Shown here piece after piece: positions 38,720 to 49,178 of a DNA stretch of 64,000 nucleotides. Position 1 is the first letter of the stretch; each line of letters opens with the position of its first letter. The notes beneath the pieces were generated by a model, which was given only the letters and a program-made list of their open reading frames with translations, was not told the DNA's origin and searched no databases. The DNA comes from Eledone cirrhosa (taxonomy: Eukaryota). The stretch spans positions 4,030,001-4,094,000 of the forward strand of contig OZ024743.1 in NCBI GenBank assembly GCA_964016885.1. Direction: 5' to 3'. The position numbers and the translations under genes were made by a program.

Positions 38720-41700
38720 TTATGTTCGTCTACAACGTGATGGTGCCACGCTAAAATCACCGGGGGTGATGAAATCACTGGGGGTGATGAAATCACCGGT
38801 GGTTATGTAACCATACATTCACCAATCCTCGATAAGAGTGTTTAAATGTCGAAGCTAAACAGTTCGAATAACGATGAAGAGGAGACTGGAAGGTTATGTG
38901 ACAGATTCTCACCCAGCAGGTGCTCCCTGGCCCAGCAGCAGGGATCTGGCTGTCATCCAAATACTACTGGTGTTGGAGGAAGAAGAAGAAGGAAATGGAC
39001 AAGAACCAACTGGACGAAAGAATTGAATAGAACTGTTATGCAATGTTACCTGAAGAGTAACCCCAGGGGAAAAGGCTATAGGAAACGGATGCATAACATC
39101 TGGAATGAGATGGGTCTATTTAAATTAGATGAACAAAAATTGGCCGGGCAAGCTCGGGTAATAAGGTCGAGTTGGAACTGGAGGAACTGAGCAGAAAGAT
39201 TAGGTTGGAAATGGAGAGTGGAGTATGCCAGGTAAACGAGCCAGTGGGAAATGAAGGTGAAGAGGTTGAGAGAACGGAGGAAGCACCCGAAGCAGACAAT
39301 GATCTGAATGCTGACATAAATAACATCTGGAACAAGGATGCGGCCATTGAGGAAATGAATGCTGACGGGCTAGGACAAGATTTGGTTGATATCCTAAATT
39401 TAGTGGTAGATGAATTGAACAATGATAGTGGGAGACCTATGAATCTAAGATTTGTAGACAGGAAAAAGTTAAAAGAAACAACAGCTAAGGTAAACAAAGT
39501 CATCCCAAACCTTGAGGCGAGGAACCTTCACCAATGCAACAATATCCTCAAAGCAACAGCAAATGCGGTGAGGAAATTACTTGGCATGAAAAACGAGAAG
39601 AAACAACAAACAAGAAAGATCAGAACCTTGGTGGAAGAAACGACTGAATGGTCAAATCAGGGAAATGAGAAATGACGTTGGAAAGCTTGAGTCCCTTCTG
39701 AATGGGACACTACAAAACATAGACACTAAAAATAGACTGGAAATAAAGTACAAAACTAGGAGGAGAAAGCTAAATATTATCATAGAGGAACTGAAGCAAC
39801 GCATTGTAGCAAAGAGTGCAAAGATTAGGCAGTATGAGAGCAGAGTCAGGCAGTATAGACAGAACCGCATGTTTGACAACAACCAGATGTTGTTTGGGCA
39901 GCTTGAAGGGAAAGAAAGAGGCAACGACTTGATCCCTGAGGCGGAACAGACTAAGACATTCTGGAGAGGAATATGGGAGCAGGATGTTGAACATAATGAT
40001 CAGGCAGTGTGGATTGAGACAGTACAGAAGGAGATCAGTGAACAGGCACACCAACAAACTGATTTGAGTATCACAGTTGAAACGCTTAAGGGACAGGCCA
40101 AAAAACTAACCAACTGGAAATCACCAGGCCCAGATGGTGTGCAGGGGTATTGGATTAAAAATATAACATCCCTCCACCCGAAACTGACAACAATGTTCAA
40201 TGACTGCTTGATGTCGGGTGAGGTACCAGAGTGGTTGACAAAGGGTACCACAGTCCTGGTAATGAAAGACCGAATCAAGAGTAATGATGTTACCAACTAT
40301 AGACCTATCACATGTCTATTCGTAATTTGGAAACTGTTAACAAGCATTGTGTCTGAGGAAATCTACCATCACCTCTACACAAACAACTTGTTACCGGACA
40401 AACAGAAAGGATGCCGAAAGAAGTTCCGTGGTACAAAAGACCAGTCATGGTAATGAGGAATTGCAGGAGGAGACACACTGGTTTTGCCATGGGATGGATA
40501 GACTACAAAAAGGCATTTGACATGGTACCTTATTCTTGGATAACCAAAAGCCTAGAGATCTTCAAGGTGGCAGATAACATCAGACAGTTGTTGAGCAAAA
40601 GTAATAAGTCATGGAAACAGAATTAACATCGGGTGGAGAATCCTTGGAAGGCGTGAATATCAAGAGAGGTATCTTCCAGGGAGATAGTCTGTCCCCTCTG
40701 TTGTTTGTCTTTGCTCCGATACCCCTGACCATTATACTGCGAAAAGTGAGAGCAGGATACAAGTTGGGAAAAGGAGGGCATACCATCAACCACCTCCTCT
40801 TCATGGACGATCTTAAACTCTTTGGGAAGAGTGAGAAGGAGTTGGATGTACTTGTTGACACTGTTCGTATTTTCAGCAATGATATATGTATGGAATTTGG
40901 TATTAATAAGTGTGGAGTCCTATTGATGAAGAGGGGTAAATTGAGCAGAAGCAACGGAATCCAGGTACCAAAAGGTGAGATGATAAAGGAAATTGACACT
41001 GAAGAAGGATACAAATATTTAGGTGTTCTGGAGGCAGATGACATCAAGAACAAAGAAATGAAGGAATTGATAACATCTGAGTACATTAGGAGAGTAAGGA
41101 GCGTATTAAAATCACGTCTAAATAGTAGGAATGTCATAAGTGCAGTGAATTCCCGAGCTGTGTCTATTATTATGTACAGTGCGGGAATTCTGAAATGGAA
41201 TGTTGCTGAACAAAAAGAAATGGATAGGAAGACTAGGAAGCTATTGACTATCTACAACATGTTCCACAAGAGGAGTGATGTCGATAGACTCTACTTAAAG
41301 AGATCTGAAGGTGGAAGAGGTTTATCAGCATAGAGGACTGTGTTCAGAGGGAGAAAAACAACCTACACAAATATGTGACTGACAATAGGGAGCCAATGCT
41401 CAAAATTGTACTGAAGGAGAAGACCAGAGGATGTCCAAGGAGGAAATAACAACAAGGAGGAAGACCAACCTTCATGAAAAATCCCTTCATAGTACCTTCT
41501 TTGAGAAAACTGAATTTAGAGATCCACAGACATGGAACTGGTTAAAAAGAGGAGACCTTAAAAAGTCTACAAAAGGAATGTTAATGGCTGCGCAAGAGCA
41601 GGCAATCAAAACGAAGTGGGTGAAACACCATATTTACAAGGAGGAGGCTAGCCCACTGTGTAGGATCTGTGTGTAGAGAGAGGAGACTGTGGCTAACATT

Positions 41701-42293
41701 GTATCCGAGTGTGAGCCCAGACTCACTATAAAGGCTGGAGACATGATGGGCAGGGTGATCCACTGGCACCTATGCAAGGTAAACAATTTACCACATTCTG
41801 AGAAGTGGTATGAGCATAAGCCAGAGTCGGTGATAGAAAACGATTAGGTGAAGGTGCTATGGGACTTTAGGATACAGACGGATAAGAAACTGGAACACAA
41901 TAGCCCTGACCTGGTGGTTTTGGACAAGGAAAAAAGATCGTGCCTGATTGTAGATGTAGCCTGCCCATTTGACACGAGAGTGCAAGAAAAGGAGAGGGAG
42001 AAAATTAACCGATACCAGGACTTAAAGTGGGAGGTAAAAAGGATTTGGAACTGCCATGAAGTCAGGGTCGTCCCGATTGTCATAGGCGCACTAGGTACTA
42101 TCTCAAAGAGTTTCCAAGGATGGTTAAATAAAGTTAGTCCAGCCCCACTTTTTGGAACACTTCAAAAAGCATGCTTGCTGGGAATAGCAAGAACCCTCCG
42201 ATACGTCCTGAATATCTGAGACTGCAAGTAGCGGCTTGATATTCATTTCAAACTTTCCAGTTAAATAACATCAATGACTGAGACTCAAAGAAC

Positions 42294-42295
<2 letters not shown>
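38720..42295 (+). mobile_element. Near full-length decayed R4/Dong-like RLE retrotransposon (Dong family B)
   Basis: Single broken ORF 38846-42219: N-terminal WTKELN motif, NWKSPGPDG, NYRPITC, GIFQGDSLSPLLF, LFMDDLKL, CRIC...ETV, PDLVV...DVACP RLE motif. (TAA)n tail. The 5' boundary is approximate. Confidence 0.9.
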
Positions 42296-42334
<39 letters not shown>

Positions 42335-42336
<2 letters not shown>

Positions 42337-44864
42337 TTTCTTTATTAACCACAAGGGTTTACATAAAGTAGACATTAAGGACAGTGCAGGACAATGCAGG
42401 ACGGTACAAATGGGCATTTCTGCGTGTAAAAAAACAAAAACAGAGGATGTAACAAAAATAACAATGAAGTACAGCCAGGTTGGATGAGAAACGGGGCAAG
42501 TGAGAAAGGGTCACTTACCTTGATCGTGTGATGTAGAGACAGTAGTCATGTGTGTTTCCAAGAGGATGTCAGTGTATATCGTCTTGGTAACCGATGCTCT
42601 GAAGTCTCCAACTGCGTTGGGGAATTTTTGTTTTAAAAGTTTTTACTGTTGACAGCTAGTCATGGGTGTTTCCAAGAGGATGTCAGTGTATATTCTCTTG
42701 GTAACCGACCCTCTGAAGTCTCCAACTGCGTTAGGGAATTTTTGTTTTAAAAGATTGTACTGTTCTATTTTGATATCAATGATGCTTATGTTTTTCGGGA
42801 GAGTTCTTGGTGTTGGTGGGCTGTAGTAGTACGTTTCTGTGATGTCTGTGTGCTGCTTTATAAGTTCTATGAGTTCTTTATTTGCCATGTTTATGGCTGT
42901 GTACTTTTGGGCTGGAGGGGTGATTTTGTTGCTGTTTTCTTCTTGTTGCTGTTGGGTGTGTGTGTTTTGTTGTGTTTGCGATGTTGGTGTTTTTCGCGAT
43001 GCTGGTGGTGGTGTGGTTGTTGTTGGCGGTGGTGCTAGTGGTGGTGATGGTGATGGTGATGGTGGTGGTGTTGCTGCAAGTCTCCTTGCAGCATTTACCC
43101 CTCTTTGTATGCCTTCGGTTTTGGAGGGTGAAGCTAAGCGTTTTTTTTTCTTTTTTGTGGCAGACCGTTTGCCATTTCACTCCAGCCTCCTACTCCATGT
43201 CGGATTCCGTGGCGTATGGGAGGGGTATGTGCTCCACGGCTGTTGGTGGTGGTAGTGGAGCCCTCTCCGGCGATTTTCTTGCTGGTGCAACTACTGCAAA
43301 TGTAGCTACTGGTGTTGCCGCTACTGATGATGCTGCTTTAGTTGTCCGTGGCCTTGGTACGGGTGCCATGGACGTTGCCCTCCTACTCACCGTGGAAGGG
43401 GCTTCTGCGTTTGTTACCTGCCCTGCTCTTGGTAGCAGTGGACAAGGCATTGGAATGAGAGCGGCCTTCTTCTAAGCTATCTTCTGCAGATAGGGCAAAA
43501 GGCCCTTAGGTGACCATTTGACCCACAGAGGTAACATTTTGGCCGTCTTCCTTCCACGCTTATAGGAAGTTGGAGTCCTTCCTCGAGGTCTATGATATCT
43601 GGGATAGCGTCGATACACTACTGGTCAGGTTGTATAATCATTTGCATGCCGATACCTGAGCAGATCTCACTCTCTCTCTATTTTCTCTACTTGCAGCATG
43701 GTCGTCTTGTCCTCGATTCCAGCAAGGACAGACGCAGCCAGCCATGGTATGGGCACGTCGGGTGGGACCTGTGTCACTTTGACCATCACAATTTACTGCC
43801 CGAAGTAGGAGAGCACCAAGACTATCTCCTCACTCTTTAGGGTTTCCAAAGAGTGAGACTTCGCTTCTTGGGATGTGGCGAAATGTACGTCTACTGTGGC
43901 GTACTTTCTGCCTCGGGTGATGTAGAATTTGCGTGCCCAGACGCACCCCAAGGCCTTTTGGATTTGTGCCTCCGTGGCTCTCTACACTTGATGTGACATT
44001 TTGCTTACGGTGCGGTAAGTCACCGTCCGTAGCTGCTGGTCCTTAAACAAATCGGGTGGAGGTTTTAGGGAAACTCTATTGGCGTTTCTTGTCACCATGG
44101 CCCTTGCGACTGCCATGTCCTCCCCTGTGACTAACACTGTTTCGATATTTCGGGCCACACCTGCAAAAGAATTGGTCTCTTTACAGTGGTACCACTATTG
44201 CTGCCGCTACTGGTCTTGCTGGTGGTGCTGAGATCGCTGTTACACGTATCGGTGTAATTGTTGTTGTTTTCGTTGATACTGTTGCTGTTGTTACTGTTAT
44301 TGTGGCTGTTGTTATTATTGTTGTTTTTGTTGATACTGTTCCTACTATTATTGTTGTTGTGGCTGTTATTATTGTCATTGTCGTTCTCTACCTTACCGCT
44401 GTTATTTTTGTTGTTGTTGTTGTTATTGATGGTGTTGGTGTTGGTGTTGTTGTTGGTGTTATTGTTGGTATTGTTTGTGTTAGGAATATTTGGTAATTTT
44501 AAATATGTAAAAATATCATTAAAAATGATATCGTTTCTCTTTTCCTTCGTAATATTTTCTTTTATATTTACCTTCGCTAGAATGCTGTCTTGTTGATATG
44601 TTGACAAAGTCTCACTCTCTATGTGTTGTCTGACAGGGCTCTCTCTCTCTCTTTCTTGTGTTATCTATGTTCAAAGAAATTCTTTTTACAAATAATATTT
44701 TTACATAATACGACACCCCGTAAAGGGGTGCCGTATTATTAATGTGTGAACCCCTATATTAGGATAGTCACTTCTTCTAAACCTTTATCAAGTTTAAAAC
44801 TTGAATAAAAGGCTTAGAACTGTTGAAAAAAACAGGAGGCGATGAGAAGCGTGGCTTCACCTTC
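42335..44864 (-). mobile_element. Chimeric ORF2-less Tx1 element: family C 5'UTR/ORF1/ORF1b joined to the last ~135 nt of the family A 3'UTR
   Basis: 42335-42468 matches the family A 3'UTR. 42469-44864 is a divergent ORF1 (RRPKCYLCGSNGHLRAFC) plus ORF1b and ~3 codons of ORF2. Bounded by (TAA)n. Confidence 0.85.
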
Positions 44865-45137
44865 AATAATAATAATAATAATATTAATAATAATGATTTC
44901 TTTATTAACCACAAGGGTTTACATAAAGTAGACATTAAGGACAGTGCAGGACAATGCAGGACGGTACAAATGGGCATTTCTGCGTGTAAAAAAACAGAGG
45001 TTGAAATAAAATAACAAAGAAAAATTCCCCAATAGGGGGGAGACTTCCAAGGGACATTTGTGGAGAAAGCCCATTAAAAGACCACAGTGGCCCTGACCAC
45101 CAGGGCAAGTGCCCTCTCCCAGTTTTCCACCTTTAAT

Positions 45138-48100
45138 TTACAGACACATACTCAGAGAAGGCCCATTCACTCGGGCCATACTTGCTTCTCTCACCCATCT
45201 TTCAACAAAATGCTGGGAAGAGAGCACTTCCCTCTCTACCCTGATTTTCCTTTTCAAATGAAATTTGAAAAAGTTAATCAGGGCATCACCGAAGAGGTAA
45301 GTGCTCGTTTCAGCCCTTTCAAACGTGTCCACCATACTATCTCTTTCGCCATGGCCACCAGACAGATAAAAACTGCCTGCCCTTCCAGGCTAAAGGAAGG
45401 GGGCGGGGCAATCCTCACGATGGACTCAGCTGATAGCTGGATCCGTCCTACACGTGACAGCAGGTGTTCGACATAAACCCACAAGTCAGCAATGCTCGGA
45501 CACTGGACGAGTGCGTGCAGGACGGTTTCGTCGCCCTGCGCGCATCTCGGACATGCCCGGCTGACGGCACCTCCATGCCTGTAGAGTTTATCCCGAACTG
45601 GCAAAGCTCCTCGGTAGCACTGCCGGGCCAGGGATTTCTGGAAGTTGTCCATAGGCCCCGGCCCGAAAGTCCTTCCGAAGAGATTGGCTAGTTGATTTTC
45701 GTCGACGCCTAGAGTTTCTCCAAGTACGTCGTCGCTCTTCCCCTCCACTAATCCCCTATAGAACGCCAAGGTGGAGTTTCCACCGATCACATTGCCCGAT
45801 TGGTCGAGGGCTGTGAGCGCCTGAAGACATTCCAGTCTCCAAGCGCTCCCTCTCGGTCTTCGCTTGACCCAGGACTGCAGCTCAGTCAAGGAGACGAGCT
45901 GGGGAAAAACGTGTCTTGCAAACGGCGACCACACCTGCTCACCGTCGAGGAAGAGGTGGAGATGTCGTAGCCTGAGCGCGTGTCTGCGCATCATCAGCCA
46001 CGGCATGCCCAGCCCTCCACGTAGCGGGTGTTGACAGCAGATGGACCGCCTGACCATCGGAGCGCGTCCCTTCCACAAGAAGCGAAAGAGCAAACGCTCC
46101 AGCGCAGTCAGGCGGGGCTTAGGACAAGGTACGACGTTCAGGCGGTAGTAGATGACGGATGCGATGTACGCATTCGCCACCTCCGCTCGACCTTTCAGGG
46201 ATAGCTTCCTCTCGGCCCATTTCTGGGTGAGAGAAGCCACCCTGCTCGTCACCTCGTCCCAGTTTTTGTCCGTCTGGAGGTCTGGACCGAACCAGACCCC
46301 TAGAAATTTAACCGGTCCGTCCGTCCAGCGCCCGACGACGGTGTTGGACGGCATGGACCTGCCTCTCCAGGTGCCGAGCTGCAGGCCCACTGACTTTTCC
46401 TGGTTGATCATTGCTCCTGTCACCGCTTCGTATTCTCTTAGTGTAGTGCCGATCGCCTCGATGTGTTTGGCGTTCGACACCACTACGGTGACATCGTCGG
46501 CATATGCTGACACGGATCTTCCGCATCCTAGTTCGCGCGGGACCCCCCTCAACGTCTCCAGTTTGTGCAGTAATGGCTCGAGAGTCAATACGTACAATAG
46601 GGACGAGAGGGGACATCCTTGGCGGACCGAGCGCATGATGTTGACCGGTTCCGAAAAGTGACCGTTCACTCTCACTACAGAGCAGATGTCGCTGTGCATG
46701 GCAGCGATCCAGCCTCTGAAGACGGGCCCAAAGCCAGCCGCCCTCAGGACTGCCGCTAGGTAACGATGGTCGACCCTATCGAAGGCTTTCGATTGATCTA
46801 AATTGATCAAAGACCCACCCTTGCCAGGTTCCCTAGCTACCCTCTCTACGATGTATCGCATGAGGTGGAGGTTGTCGTGGATGGATCTGTCGGGAATGGC
46901 GCATGTCTGTGCCTCTCCCACCAGACCACCAACGACAAGCGCCAACCTCTTTGCTAGCACCTTGGCCAAAATCTTGAACTCTGTGTTTAGCAGAGTTATG
47001 GGCCTAAAATTATCTATGTTATCCCCCTTGTTCGGATCCTTTCTCAGCAGCGCCACCGCTCCTCGGCTCACAGAGCTGGGAATTCTCCCGTTCTGTTGCC
47101 AGTTGCAGTAGACGTCCGCCAAGAGGCCTCCGAACAAGTTTGGCATTTGTACGTAAAGTTCATAGGGCAGACCATCCAAACCAGGCGATTTACCCCTTGT
47201 GCAACTAGTCATTGCATCCCGTACTTCAGCGGTTGTTATCGGCTTTTCGCAACACTCCGCCTCAGTGGCCGAAAGCCGCAGCAGTCCGTCGAGGTAGACA
47301 CTAAAGTCCATCCCTCGATCCGGCCCGCCACTGCCCCCGAACAGTTGTGCGAAGTGTCGCTGAAAAGCTTCACACATTTGCCCGGGATCGAGTAGCATGC
47401 GCCCGTCGTGGTCCACCAAAGACCGGATCCTGGCTTTGTTGCCACGACGCGCCTCCGCCACTCGGGCCCATTGAACGGCTTTCGTCCCCTCGTGTCTGAG
47501 AGCACGCACCCTAGCTCTGACAACGCAGCCTTCGTGCTTTGCATTGAAGAATTGGTCAAGGGCCAATTTCGCCGCAAGTACGTCGGTCGCGATGCCTTTG
47601 CTAAGCGCCTCATCTAATTTTCTAACTAATTCTCCCTCTGCTCTATTTTTCTCTATTGCTAAAGTCTTACTAAACCTAATGGACTCTATTCTAATTGCTC
47701 TTTTCAGAGCAAACCACCACTTGTTGTTGACGATGGCCCCCGTCAACGCCCGCTTAACTAGTTCGCTAATCCGGTCTCTGTAGGCCTTGCGCGCTGGTAA
47801 GGACGCGTTTAACTTCCAGTAGCCGGGTCCTCGTCTATGAAGCCTATCTAAGTCAAGCACACAGATCACGAATTTGTGGTCCGTGTAGCTGACTATCTTG
47901 AATTGTGGACAGCCTATGCTAGACCTATCTATTTCCCTACAAAATACTCTATCTAGATATGATCTGGATGACCCTATGCGATTTGTCCAAGTCCACATTG
48001 GTACATTCGGGAAATCCATTCGGTACCTGTCAGACAGTTCAAAACGTCTGAGCAGGTTGGTGAGACTCTTGCACCCTCCTTCCCTATCCACTAATCCCAC

Positions 48101-48556
48101 ACAATCCCAGCGTGCATCTAAGATCCCGTTCCAGTCGCCCACTAACACTAAAGAGCGGGACGTTCCAAGAAAGGTCTCCAGACGTCGGAAGAAATCAGGC
48201 CGCCCTGCTCCTGTCGGGGCATAGACGGCCACTAACCTGAAAGCTTGCCCGTCTCCGCTGGTCACGTCCAGCACCACCAACTTACCTTCTGGGTCCAGGA
48301 AGATGGCCCGTATGGCAAGATCCAAACCTCTCCGAAAAAGCACAGCAACTCCTCCCCCCGATCCCGGACGGCTGTGAGATGCGTACACATCGTAGCCGCC
48401 GAAGATCGGTGCGAAAGCCTGTGCTTCGGAGATTCTGGTCTCGCTGATGGCCACTACATCTATGTTTAGTGACCTGAGGTCGTTGAGCAGGTGGCCCTGC
48501 TTCCATGACGACCCCAAGCCACGCGCATTTATGCTGCCTATTCTGAGTGAGGTCAT
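45138..48556 (-). CDS. ORF2 polyprotein: AP endonuclease, reverse transcriptase and CCHC domain (1-nt frameshift near 45308)
   Basis: SINARG, SET, YAP, GDWN, YLDR and YTDH (APE); KSPGLDG, FRPITLLN, KAFDRVDH, RQGCPLS and YADD (RT); CPRC...H...C. The C-terminus continues in 45138-45335, as in the copy ending at 61807. Confidence 0.92.
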
Positions 48557-48590
48557 GCTGAAAAGGAGTGGAAAAGATGGGAAAGACCAC

Positions 48591-49178
48591 TTACCTTACT
48601 TCTCGTAGGGGAAGGACGGCTTTTCCATCCTTTTCACTGCTTGTGGCCTCCTCAGGAAGGATGTCCTTATAAATCCTCCTGGAGAGTGCTTGTCGGAAGT
48701 CTCCGATGTCTTTGGGGAATTTTTGTTTTAGTGTCATGTACGTTTTCTGTGTGATGCGAGTGATTTGTATGTGTGGAGGTGGTGTGAATTTTGGGGTTGT
48801 TGTGTAGTCTTTTTCTGTGATGCTGGTGTTGTGTTGGATGTAGTGTAATAATTGCTTGTTGTTCAAATTTAATGCTGTGTAGTGTGTATCGTTTTGGTTG
48901 TTTTGTTTTGTTTGCGTTTGTTGTGGGTTTGTTTCTGTTTCGCATTTTGGTGACTTTTGTGGTGTAGGTGATGGTGGTGCTGGGGATAATGATGGTGATG
49001 GTGTTGGTGTTTGGGTTGATGGGGTTGGTGATGCTGGTGTGGATGGTGGCGTATCTGTCCTAAATTTTTTGTTTCTTAGTTTATTTGTTTCCCTCTGTAT
49101 TTTGTTTTTGGAGGGGGAAGGAAGAGAATTTTTTCTTTTTTTTTTTTCCGGATATCGTTTCCCACTCCTCGTCGTCAC
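48591..49178 (-). CDS. ORF1b: conserved third ORF in the +1 frame relative to ORF1 (probably a frameshift extension of ORF1)
   Basis: 195 open codons with no ATG at the start. Its C-terminal domain is homologous to 42643-42888 and 36029-36330 of other families. Confidence 0.7.
   Translation of the reverse strand: MTTRSGKRYPEKKKRKNSLPSPSKNKIQRETNKLRNKKFRTDTPPSTPASPTPSTQTPTPSPSLSPAPPSPTPQKSPKCETETNPQQTQTKQNNQNDTHYTALNLNNKQLLHYIQHNTSITEKDYTTTPKFTPPPHIQITRITQKTYMTLKQKFPKDIGDFRQALSRRIYKDILPEEATSSEKDGKAVLPLREVR

Noticed and set aside
42335-45010. Repeated 3'UTR blocks (42335, 44895, 61544, 26693) as LTRs
   Set aside because: They are LINE 3' ends: no TG...CA termini, primer-binding site, integrase or protease is present.
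46152-47783. Recurrent antisense ORFs (MTDAMYA..., MIKDPP...) present in several Tx1 copies
   Set aside because: They are shadows of the GC-rich ORF2, and their recurrence reflects copy identity rather than independent selection.
48558-48594. 37-nt GT...AG mini-intron that would fuse ORF1b in frame to ORF2 in Tx1-A copy 2
   Set aside because: The AG occurs only in this copy (the others have CAAC before the start codon), and 37 nt is very short for a spliceosomal intron.
48587-48597. CACTTACCT on the + strand as a U1 snRNA fragment or snRNA insertion target
   Set aside because: Similarity to U1 is limited to 8-9 nt, and the motif is internal to the elements rather than at junctions. It is better read as a donor motif on the minus strand.
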